Below are positions 16,968 through 25,802 of a DNA stretch of 32,000 nt, piece by piece. Each line of letters opens with the position of its first letter. Position 1 is the stretch's first letter. The DNA lies in NCBI GenBank assembly GCA_048882505.1, contig JBHLRO010000009.1, positions 60,001-92,000 on the forward strand. Reading direction: 5' to 3'. The notes beneath the pieces were generated by a model, which was given only the letters and a program-made list of their open reading frames with translations, had not been told where the DNA came from and did no database searches. A program made the position numbers and the translations under genes. This DNA is from Candidatus Thorarchaeota archaeon. GTDB lineage: Archaea; Asgardarchaeota; Heimdallarchaeia; Hodarchaeales; Hodarchaeaceae.

Positions 16968-19900
16968 TTATATATCAAAGGGAATAATAATCTTCAGCAA
17001 AGAAGTGCTACCCACCCATAAAGCTTCATATACGTCTTCTGGAGGAATTTTTAGCAGGTTAAGCATTGCTCGTTTGGCATCATCGTACAGAATTGGATTA
17101 TAGGATCTTTGACCTTTGTCTCGCACAATTCGATCAAATTTGTTCAAATCAGATATGCCATTGCTCGAGGTTTCCAGAGACGTTGCCTGAAAGATATAAA
17201 GACGCTTTAAAGCATTTATTGCTGCTTTAGAGAACTGCATTGCCCTTTCTTCTTTAATTTGGGCATCAATACTAATTAGGCGGACGGGATCAATAGTAAA
17301 TTGTTGCAACAGCGTCAACGGAATCAAACCATCAATTATATTACGGATATAGGGGCCTACGAGCTGTTCGTCCACAATTCCTACGTCTTCAAGATAAATT
17401 TTCTCTTCTAAGAGGCGAACCGCCTTAAAGAATATACCTCGAATGAATTTTGTGGGTTTGCGTCCCAAAAATACAAAGATTCGGAATGTGGGCGATGCAG
17501 CAATTAAGATCTGAATCTTATGTTGTTCAATCAAACTTAAACGGAACACCCGATCGTCTAACCGATCAGAGCTAGAATTGGATGATTCTTCGATCTGTTC
17601 AACAAATTGTGATTGGAATGACTCCAAAAAATCGGACATACCAACGGAAAGTCCACTTAACGCAACGTTCAGGGACTCATCCCGGCGATAAATCGTATTG
17701 GTTATATCAAAAAGGGGAATTCCCGCTTCAGTTGTCACCAAGATTGTATAGATATTCGAGATGGCAGACAGTATCTCTTCTATATCACGGGTTTTCTTGA
17801 TTCTTTTACGATTCCATCTTTGCAGGACAATACCACCAAAAACGAGCAAAAATCCAACAAAAACCGTTCCGAGAACTGCTCCTGCAAGTTCAGCCAAAGT
17901 GAATCCGAAGATGAAAATATTCAGGGACGCAAATTGATAATCTTCTAGCGGAAAGAATCGACTAACTCCTGATGATTCTTCTGAAGCTTCAATATGCCAT
18001 TCCAACGACCCATATCCTGGTAACGTCACGGTGAGAGTAAATAAACTTCCATTGAAGTTAAGTTGAGCTATTTCAAGGCCTGCTCCGATCCCTGCAAAAA
18101 CGCCCCTAAAAGGTTTTATTTCATAGTGTACATAAACTTCAAAAGAAGATAGATTGCCTCCCCAATCCGTGACATTCGCCCAAAACTGAACTGTAGTATC
18201 ATTTAAGCGTGTAACGTTCGCAGAATGAATTGTCGGAGTCCATTTGTCTGCTATTGATATGGAATCCACATGTTGAGACGGTTCATAATATCCTGCCAAG
18301 ACTCCAGCATCATACAGCACAATGGTATATGTATAGGTAGCTATCCCCTCAAAATGAACCTTAAGACTCAAGTGGGTCATATTGGATTCCATTGAAGCTT
18401 CAATTACCTCCCATTCTCTGGTATCGTTATTGTAGATCGAAATATTTGCCGCATGGTCATTAAATGGATCATTAACTGTCATCCATATTGTGGCGTTTCC
18501 TGCCTCTCCACTATTGTATTCGAATCCATATTCCAAGGCAGTCACAGGAACAAAATCCGATGTACGTCCTTGAATCAAGGCCGTAGAATTCGAATTTCCA
18601 CCTTTATCATATATGACAAATCGATATTCATACAAGGTGTCGGGGATCACATAAATGTCAAAAGTATAATGAGAAGTGTTATAGTCCATGGGGAATGTCG
18701 AATTTAACCACTGTGATCCAATAAGCTGATTTATTGTTATACCCGCCGATTCAACCAATCCAAATGGATCCGATGCTTCAACCCAAAAGAATAGATGAAC
18801 TGCTGTATGGTTTTCTAGCTCTTGCTCCATATCATAACCAATGAATTCAGGAGGTGTAAGATCTATAATAAATATCGCCTCCCAATCGGTGGTTTTGGAA
18901 TTTCCAAATACATCTATTGCTGAAAGTCTATAGGTGAAGGCGTCTCCAGGCTCAAACAATCGCTGAATTGAATCAGAGATTGTGATAGTATAGATATTCA
19001 GAGACCCGTTGGGCTTTAATGGAACCATATAATTTGTGAGAAAAATGAACTCAAGGGTAACTGGGGCATCACTATCAAGGCCGCTGCCATAAGGTCCTTC
19101 AAAAACTTCAGCCCAAACTGAAACCGTTCCATTTTGAAATTCATCAATATTCCACCTGTTTATTTTCGGAGCTGCGTTGTCTTCAACAGTAATTGAGCGA
19201 ACCAAGGATCCTGGATTACCAGCATCATCCTCAGTCCATACTTTGAATGTCACGTCATCCCCAACGAGAAATTGATAGGTGTAAACGTGGTAAAAGACAT
19301 CTTGAGTCATTGTATATGTATTGGTAACAGAATTTCTAGTGATGTTCAGGTAGAAGGTGTTCGTAACATATTGGGAGGCGCCATAAACATCTTCGGCCCA
19401 AGCCCGTATGGTGATTTCAGCATCATTTATGGTTGAGTTCTCAATTATGAACTGGACGCCAGGTGGAACGATATCAGTCAAAATCAACTTTTTATATTGG
19501 TTTGGAGTAGGAATGAAGATGTTGTTGGCTGTATCTTCTGCTGTGGCATAATAAATAACTTCCCTCGCATTATAGACAAAATTGGAAACAACCGAAGAGA
19601 AATAAGTTTGATTAATCTGAACCAGGGAATGTCCAATCCAGGATCCAGTACTGTTCTCATATACTATCACCGCGATTGTATTATTGCTTGGCCAATCGGT
19701 TGCAGTGGCATTGAATTCTATCGAACCATTGCCAAAATCTTTTGCAGAGAGGGTGACATTAGGAAACGCATTATCTGAAACATTAAAGGGACCGGGACGT
19801 ACCACTCCAAGATTTCCAGCAAGATCGCTTGCATTTATGGAGTATTCAATGGAGTCACCCAAATTATATGTATCCTCGTAATAGAAAGGGCCGCCGCTCC

Positions 19901-21818
19901 CTATGTCCACCATTTCATATTTACTATATTGTCCCCCATTTATACTGATCGCGATAAACACGCTGCTGGCATTCAGTCCGCTTTGGTATATCGAACTTTC
20001 GTTAATTATGACTTGCCAAGAGACTAATCCCTCCGAATTAGTTGGTATGGGGTTCCAAATCAGAGGGGGACGAGTGTCAGTCACCGTAAAATTGTATGTT
20101 TTTATTGTTGAGGGAAATAATCTGGATCCATTCTCGTTTCCCACGGTATCGTTTACTGAATAGATTGTATAATTCAGGAAGTTACCCGTATACTCATTCG
20201 TTTGATAAACCCAATAACCTGACCCATTAAGAGTCATTGTTTTAAGGCTACCATTGACTGATAGAACCACTGAATCTATGCCACTGGAATCAGAAACATT
20301 TGCGTACCACTCAATAGTACCCTCTCCATAATCGGTGACATTAAATTTGTTAATTACAGGGGCACTAGGATCACTAAGGAGGAATGTTTGGGTTTCAGTA
20401 ACAACTGCGTTTCCTCCCAAATCTATGGCGATTATATTGTAGGTGATGCTTATATTGGTCTCTTCACCATTCAAAGAATCAAGAGCTGTGTCATTAAAAT
20501 AGGTTATTCCCGATTGGAAAACCATCGTGAAGTTTTGGGCTGGAATTTTGACAGACTGTGAAGTTAAATTAAAAGCTGTGAGATTCAAATATACATTAAA
20601 ATTACCGTCATCAATTACATCAGCATAAAACGTATCTGAGCTCTTTTCGAAGTGGACATGGGAAATTTCGGGTGGCAGAGTGTCCAAATACGAGGATAAT
20701 TGAATATAAAACGTAAAATTGGCAAGACGATGGTAAGTTCGGTTCGGGATGATCTCAACATTTAATAACTGCTCAATTGTGTTATTAAAATCGGCGGTAA
20801 TATCGTATTTTCCCCAGGGAACGTTATAGAAGGTGGCATCCCCTTGCAAGTTCGTTGTTTGGTTCAACGTAATGAAACTATCTGCCAATGTAACGTTCGC
20901 ACCTTGTACATCTTTATTGTTTAAATCTCTTACATTCACAGTCACACTGGCATTTCCGCTGATATCGTCGTAGAGAATCCAGTGAACAGTTCGGTTCCAT
21001 AATTCCCATCCTTTCGAGGTAAGGCTGGTTCCATTACTAGCACCCAAGAAGACCCTTCGTTCTGCAGAAGAATTTAAGAGCCAATCTTTACCTCCTTTCT
21101 CTAATGTGATAAGAGACCTGGCAAACCGCTCGCCCCCAGAGGTTGAAGGCGCAATAAGTCCAGTAAGATTGGACCCCGCAGGAAGCCCTTGGGGAAAAGG
21201 TCCTTTAATATAAGCCGAATCGGCAAACGGGTCATTATATACTATAAGAGAGCCTGCTGTAAAATTACTGGTAATGTAATGGGAAGTATCCACCACATCT
21301 AGCACCGTATTGTCGTTTTTGGTGCCAGATGATGATCCAAGCGAGAATAAATTCCAGGTATCAACTTCCATTGTCAATACCGGGATCGATACAGTTTCTA
21401 AGGTGGTTAGAAAGGAGATATCAACAGAATCAGATATAATAATTGCATCAATACCGTTAAGCGAATATGAATCGTTATCATTATGCAGAGTTACGTTGAA
21501 GTTTAAGTTTACATTCAAATAATCAATAAAAGGTTGATCGAAGGTTGGATCCAGATTCGATGTATCATTCATAATGAAGAGAATGTTTGGTTGCTGAAAT
21601 GACTGAAGAGAAAAACGGGGGTAAGAAATCGGAGATGTTAACCTTTGTTGATCCTCATTTGGGGCAAGGGAAGAAATCTGGACGAAATCCTGAGCTTCAG
21701 ATTCAGAACCACTAAAGACAAGGGCAGTTGGGATTGAAAGGGAGGATGCAATGAAAATGACTAGGATGAGCAAAGAGAACCATTGACCAGAGATTTGTCG
21801 GATACTCAATTTTAACAA
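16968..21818 (-). CDS. Large single-pass surface protein: signal/anchor, class-I-GATase-like domain, transthyretin-like beta-sandwich, nine Ig-like repeats, TM helix, cytoplasmic longin-like domain
   Basis: Hydrophobic N-terminus and many N-x-S/T sequons. D-x-x-P-P/x-hydrophobic repeat starts. TM segment LAGAVLGTVFVGFLLVFGGIVL followed by QRWNRKRIKK. C-terminal IYTILVTTEAGIPLF...SGLSVGMSDFLESF. Confidence 0.8.
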   Translation of the reverse strand: MLKLSIRQISGQWFSLLILVIFIASSLSIPTALVFSGSESEAQDFVQISSLAPNEDQQRLTSPISYPRFSLQSFQQPNILFIMNDTSNLDPTFDQPFIDYLNVNLNFNVTLHNDNDSYSLNGIDAIIISDSVDISFLTTLETVSIPVLTMEVDTWNLFSLGSSSGTKNDNTVLDVVDTSHYITSNFTAGSLIVYNDPFADSAYIKGPFPQGLPAGSNLTGLIAPSTSGGERFARSLITLEKGGKDWLLNSSAERRVFLGASNGTSLTSKGWELWNRTVHWILYDDISGNASVTVNVRDLNNKDVQGANVTLADSFITLNQTTNLQGDATFYNVPWGKYDITADFNNTIEQLLNVEIIPNRTYHRLANFTFYIQLSSYLDTLPPEISHVHFEKSSDTFYADVIDDGNFNVYLNLTAFNLTSQSVKIPAQNFTMVFQSGITYFNDTALDSLNGEETNISITYNIIAIDLGGNAVVTETQTFLLSDPSAPVINKFNVTDYGEGTIEWYANVSDSSGIDSVVLSVNGSLKTMTLNGSGYWVYQTNEYTGNFLNYTIYSVNDTVGNENGSRLFPSTIKTYNFTVTDTRPPLIWNPIPTNSEGLVSWQVIINESSIYQSGLNASSVFIAISINGGQYSKYEMVDIGSGGPFYYEDTYNLGDSIEYSINASDLAGNLGVVRPGPFNVSDNAFPNVTLSAKDFGNGSIEFNATATDWPSNNTIAVIVYENSTGSWIGHSLVQINQTYFSSVVSNFVYNAREVIYYATAEDTANNIFIPTPNQYKKLILTDIVPPGVQFIIENSTINDAEITIRAWAEDVYGASQYVTNTFYLNITRNSVTNTYTMTQDVFYHVYTYQFLVGDDVTFKVWTEDDAGNPGSLVRSITVEDNAAPKINRWNIDEFQNGTVSVWAEVFEGPYGSGLDSDAPVTLEFIFLTNYMVPLKPNGSLNIYTITISDSIQRLFEPGDAFTYRLSAIDVFGNSKTTDWEAIFIIDLTPPEFIGYDMEQELENHTAVHLFFWVEASDPFGLVESAGITINQLIGSQWLNSTFPMDYNTSHYTFDIYVIPDTLYEYRFVIYDKGGNSNSTALIQGRTSDFVPVTALEYGFEYNSGEAGNATIWMTVNDPFNDHAANISIYNNDTREWEVIEASMESNMTHLSLKVHFEGIATYTYTIVLYDAGVLAGYYEPSQHVDSISIADKWTPTIHSANVTRLNDTTVQFWANVTDWGGNLSSFEVYVHYEIKPFRGVFAGIGAGLEIAQLNFNGSLFTLTVTLPGYGSLEWHIEASEESSGVSRFFPLEDYQFASLNIFIFGFTLAELAGAVLGTVFVGFLLVFGGIVLQRWNRKRIKKTRDIEEILSAISNIYTILVTTEAGIPLFDITNTIYRRDESLNVALSGLSVGMSDFLESFQSQFVEQIEESSNSSSDRLDDRVFRLSLIEQHKIQILIAASPTFRIFVFLGRKPTKFIRGIFFKAVRLLEEKIYLEDVGIVDEQLVGPYIRNIIDGLIPLTLLQQFTIDPVRLISIDAQIKEERAMQFSKAAINALKRLYIFQATSLETSSNGISDLNKFDRIVRDKGQRSYNPILYDDAKRAMLNLLKIPPEDVYEALWVGSTSLLKIIIPFDI
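17940..20684 (-). repeat. Nine tandem ~100-aa Ig-like beta-sandwich repeats (diverged at DNA level)
   Basis: Repeat starts DTLPPEI (20684), DPSAPVI (20372), DTRPPLI (20078), DNAFPNV (19775), DIVPPGV (19475), DNAAPKI (19181), DLTPPEF (18863), DFVPVTA (18557) and DKWTPTI (18248). Spacing is 98-106 codons. Confidence 0.8.
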
Positions 21819-22529
21819 TCCTGATAGGAGAGGGAATTATGGTCTATTTAGATTGGGTACTTGAAGGAAGTTCCCAAATGCTGAATTTTCTTTCACGATC
21901 AACTATGCCAGTATAATTGGAATGATCTATATGAACATCGGAACCCTTGAGATATAATTCTCTCATCGTATCCTGGCGTTATTTTGGACTGTGTTAATAC
22001 TCCGCATTAATCAGCTAATAACTTGTCTCGAACCTAGATATTACCAGTCAGTCTAATAAATTTAACCAAATCGTTGTGAATATTCGTATGCCTTGAATTT
22101 CGGAAATGAATTTGGTTTTAGCCTTTTTTCTCTAGATATGATCGGATACGAGTAGAATTTTTTGTTGATTCCATTTCTAACGCTTCTGCCAACTAAGGCC
22201 GCATTTTTTAACTTTAAAAAATTCACCGTATTTTATCGGAATTTCCGAACGTTTTACCTAGTAAATTTCTCAGAATCTCCCACAAATCAAGTTAACAATT
22301 GTACAAATCGAAAAAACATGTTTTCATGGCTTTATGGTACTCTCGATTCCTATCGAATTCATTCTAAAGAGAAAAAGCAAAATATTATTGTCCATACTCT
22401 GAGAGACATCCGATCCGATTGATAACGACATATATAATGTTGCCAGTTATTTCAGGAGGTCAGGAAAGGTAAATGAACATCGTGATTCATTATCAGTCCG
22501 TACCATTAATAGAAGATAGAGCCAGTTTT

Positions 22530-22535
22530 AGGAGA
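22530..22535 (+). promoter_or_regulatory. Shine-Dalgarno site of the methyltransferase gene
   Basis: AGGAGA lies 7 nt upstream of ATG 22543. Confidence 0.5.
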
Positions 22536-22542
22536 AACCCGC

Positions 22543-23580
22543 ATGGTATCCATATCAACACCTAAAACCTCACAAGATATTGAAATTCTCTTGAATTTTT
22601 ATCTAGCTTCGGCTGCGGTGGGCGTAGCTCTTGAGCTGGGGTTATTTTGGCAGCTTCGAGATAGTTCTCTGAAGTTAACCGAGATATCGGATAAATTCAA
22701 AATCCCAGAGGATCGATGTCGGACGTGGCTTGCGTTATTGATCAAATTAGGATTAGTGACATTGCAAGGGGAACGATACTTTCCCTCTGGTGCCTCCAAG
22801 CAGGCCATTACGGATGTATATAGCCATGAAACGTGGTCATTTTTAGCCCAAGAAGCTCGAGAACAGCAGCCAGCAGTGATAGATTTAGCGTTACACTTCT
22901 CCCAGGCATCAATGTGGGAAGCTTATTCAAAGGAGGCCCCTAATTATGTCACTCTAATGAAAAACGATGCTCAGCGAGCAGAGCGTTTCACACGGATGTT
23001 GTATGAACTCCATACACCGTTGGCAGAATTTTTAGCCAAAAACCTAAATCTATCAGGTGTCAACATGTTAATGGATCTTGGTGGTGGATCAGGAGTTATT
23101 TCTATTGAGCTGATGAAACAAAACCGCGATTTGAATGTAATTGTGGTTGATATTGCCAATGTTTGCACCGCAGGAAGGAGAATTGCCAATGAAACTAGTG
23201 TATCTGATCGTATCACATATTTTGAAGCTGATTTTTTGCATGATGAATTACCACGGGATATAGACCTCGTCCTTGAGTGTGATGTTGGTGTATACACATT
23301 GGATCTTTTTAAAAAGGTGCTAAATTCCCTGAATACGAATGGACGTTTTATCATTGTTTCCAATACAGATGAATTAGGGGCCTGGTTACTAAAACCAAAG
23401 GAATCCGTTTCAATTTTGCCTTGTATGTTTGCTTTTTCATCATCATTGCGAGATCCCAAATTTAAACCCCCTACGATCAATCATGTGAAAAATCTGCTCG
23501 AAGAGGCAGGATTTCAGGATATCAATGTCCAAATTGAAGATGATGGGAGAGTTATAATTGAAGGAATGAAGGGAGGCTAA
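22543..23580 (+). CDS. SAM-dependent O-methyltransferase family 2 (ASMT/HIOMT-like, with dimerisation wHTH)
   Basis: N-terminal AAVGVALELGLF...L..LGLV dimerisation domain, LMDLGGGSG SAM motif I, and VD and ADFL motifs. Confidence 0.9.
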   Translation: MVSISTPKTSQDIEILLNFYLASAAVGVALELGLFWQLRDSSLKLTEISDKFKIPEDRCRTWLALLIKLGLVTLQGERYFPSGASKQAITDVYSHETWSFLAQEAREQQPAVIDLALHFSQASMWEAYSKEAPNYVTLMKNDAQRAERFTRMLYELHTPLAEFLAKNLNLSGVNMLMDLGGGSGVISIELMKQNRDLNVIVVDIANVCTAGRRIANETSVSDRITYFEADFLHDELPRDIDLVLECDVGVYTLDLFKKVLNSLNTNGRFIIVSNTDELGAWLLKPKESVSILPCMFAFSSSLRDPKFKPPTINHVKNLLEEAGFQDINVQIEDDGRVIIEGMKGG

Positions 23581-23706
23581 GCAGGAAATTTAAACCAAAA
23601 TCACTCATGTTTGGAAGTTCGCGTACAGAAGCCATAACTGATGCGACTTTCGAACCCAGCCTGTAGCTTCTCAAAGATGAGTGCTATTTCTCCTCTTGGC
23701 GTGTGA

Positions 23707-23889
23707 TTAGGTGGATAATTCATGGAAAGAGAAGGCCAGGGCGAAATGAGCAATGAGTATCACAAGCGTTAAACCCATTAGAACAAGAGTACCATAGATA
23801 TAGGATGTCAGTTGATCTACAGGCGCGATTGCTTCTTCATCACCAATTTCGTTCGTTACTTCATTAGAGGGCATTGTGGATCTATCCAT
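23707..23889 (-). CDS. Small single-TM hypothetical protein (alternative start ATG 23874)
   Basis: Acidic N-terminus followed by one ~25-aa hydrophobic helix. 8-nt overlap with the upstream gene. Confidence 0.5.
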   Translation of the reverse strand: MDRSTMPSNEVTNEIGDEEAIAPVDQLTSYIYGTLVLMGLTLVILIAHFALAFSFHELST

Positions 23890-24184
23890 AAAATATAAAT
23901 TTCATAAACAAATAATCAAGTGTTAAGAAAATTCCAGCGAAAACTAATAGATAATAAACAAGTTTGATATCATTCCTAGTTCGACGCAGAATGAAACCAA
24001 GCCCGACAACGCAAAATAATGTGATTAAATAAATCATTTCGAGGGAGAATGAGATCCCAAAGAGGGTACTGGTAGATTTGCCCTCGGCGACCAGAGGTTC
24101 ATGTGCGTGCGCTAGAGGAAGATTGAATGGGATAATTGAGATAACAAACAAAGATAAAGGTTTAGCTAATCTCACCTTGCTCAT
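23882..24184 (-). CDS. Small membrane protein: signal-like N-terminus ending AHA-HE, then two TM helices
   Basis: MSKVRLAKPLSLFVISIIPFNLPLAHAHE followed by two hydrophobic segments. Same strand as, and downstream of, cyoE. Confidence 0.6.
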   Translation of the reverse strand: MSKVRLAKPLSLFVISIIPFNLPLAHAHEPLVAEGKSTSTLFGISFSLEMIYLITLFCVVGLGFILRRTRNDIKLVYYLLVFAGIFLTLDYLFMKFIFYG

Positions 24185-24362
24185 TCCTGGCCAGTCTAGG
24201 TGTGGTAGAAGAAATCCATGAGGATATGGAAGAGCTTAAGGGCGATTAATACAGATGCAGCCATTACAGAGAGTCTACTAGTTTGGACCAGATTCTCTAG
24301 ATCCTTGGTAGATAGCTATATCAATCTTTCAGACGTCGAAATCACATGTACAAGGGAGGAAT

Positions 24363-25280
24363 TTAAAATGGAAGGAGCAAGGCGGCAAATATAAAAGCTA
24401 ACCAAATGTTATGAAGTTTAAAACTTCTATACGCTGTTTGTTCTGATGGAGTCTTCAAAAATCTGTATAGACCAGAAAAGAGGAAGAAATGAGGGATAAA
24501 AATCAATAACAGGATGATAATTGATCCGTTTGTCATCATGTAAGTAAGAATTGTTGCATACGCGATAACTAGTATTCCCCAAACAAACGTAATTTGAGCT
24601 GTACGCGGTATCCCGTATACAACGGGGAGCATTGGGATGTTGGCTCGACGATAATCTTCAATGTACTTGGTTGCTAATGACCACGTATGACTTGGGGTCC
24701 AAAAGAAGACCAAAAATCCAAGTAACCATCCTTCCAATGGGATTGTTCCAGTTATAGCCGCATAACCCATCAACACTGGGGTCGGGCTTGCCAGACCCCC
24801 GAGGAGAGTATTTACGATTGACCTTCTCTTCAGCACTAAAGAATATCCAAGCAAATAATAGAATACACCCCAGCCCACAAAAAAAGCGGTCAAGGCGTTG
24901 AATACCAGAAAAGCAAGAGCTATGGCAGCGATGACAAATATGGATCCCACAAAGAGTATCTTTTCTGCAGGATTGATCGCATTTTCTCCGACACTGGCTC
25001 TTTGCGAAGTTCTTTCCATTAGACTATCAATATCCCGATCAAGATATGCATTAATGGTCATTGCGCCTCCTGCTGATAAATATCCGATAATAATTGCTAT
25101 CATCAACTCAATGATCGAAAAATTACCCTTAGAAGCCAATATAAATCCTACAATACCCGTTATCGAAAGTAATACGACAATTCGTGGCTTGGTTAAGGAT
25201 AAATAAGCTCTAATAGTATTTTGAGCTTGATTAACACCCGTTTTTGGTTTTGAATAAACTGTAAGATAATCAGTAGACAT
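24363..25280 (-). CDS. cyoE: Protoheme IX farnesyltransferase (heme O synthase)
   Basis: LTKPRIV, NAYLDRDIDSLMERTSQR, WTPSH..SL...EDY..ANIPMLPV motifs and multiple TM helices (CtaB/CyoE hallmarks). Confidence 0.95.
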   Translation of the reverse strand: MSTDYLTVYSKPKTGVNQAQNTIRAYLSLTKPRIVVLLSITGIVGFILASKGNFSIIELMIAIIIGYLSAGGAMTINAYLDRDIDSLMERTSQRASVGENAINPAEKILFVGSIFVIAAIALAFLVFNALTAFFVGWGVFYYLLGYSLVLKRRSIVNTLLGGLASPTPVLMGYAAITGTIPLEGWLLGFLVFFWTPSHTWSLATKYIEDYRRANIPMLPVVYGIPRTAQITFVWGILVIAYATILTYMMTNGSIIILLLIFIPHFFLFSGLYRFLKTPSEQTAYRSFKLHNIWLAFIFAALLLPF

Positions 25281-25802
25281 TATTTATAATCCCAAAGGTT
25301 CTAAGCCCAACTATGAACAATAGTTAGACATTATCCTGAGTATTTTATGTTTGGGGATACCAAAAAAAGGTGGGGGAGGTTGGGTAAAAACTTGGGTAGA
25401 AATGAATTTTTCGCTCTAGATTGCATAAATAGCTATACATTCCTTCTAATCGGCCATTTGAGACCCAAAACCAAGAAGGTGGTTTAAGTCTGGTTATTCT
25501 TTCCATTGGGTCGATTTCTCTTCTGTTCATAGTCCAGAACTATTTCTTAGCGGAGTGGGTTAGCATCGGACTCTTTTTATCTCTTGTTTTTGTACAGGGT
25601 GTAATGATATACCAGGTACGACAAGGCATCTAGGTTATGCCTCATGGCAGAAAATCTTGGGAAAATTGACCTAACCCTCGCTTGGCTTTCCGACAAAAAA
25701 GAGCATCTCACGAGGATAGGGCAGATTTAAATACAAAAACGCCAAGTTCAGGTAAAAGAAGCGCCTTGGATTAATCATAACGCGTTCCCAAAATCCTACC
25801 TG

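Noticed and set aside
16831-17103. 90-aa plus-strand ORF overlapping the 3' end of the giant gene
   Set aside because: Antisense overlap with a strong gene and no homology cues.
17940-20684. Possibility that the repeat region is a CRISPR array, a DGR target or a DNA tandem repeat
   Set aside because: The repeats are visible only at protein level and are highly diverged. I saw no identical DNA repeats and no reverse transcriptase.
22162-22422. 86-aa ORF in the long intergenic region
   Set aside because: TTG start, no SD, and composition (F/N/K-rich) typical of translated AT-rich non-coding DNA.
25352-25396. G-tract cluster (GGGG...GGGGG.GG..GGG...GGG) upstream of cyoE as a possible G-quadruplex
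   Set aside because: Loops are long and irregular and there is a single occurrence, so it cannot be supported from sequence alone.
25644-25730. 28-codon ATG ORF (MAENLGKIDLTLAWLSDKKEHLTRIGQI) before the OLD gene
   Set aside because: Too short, with no clear SD or motif.
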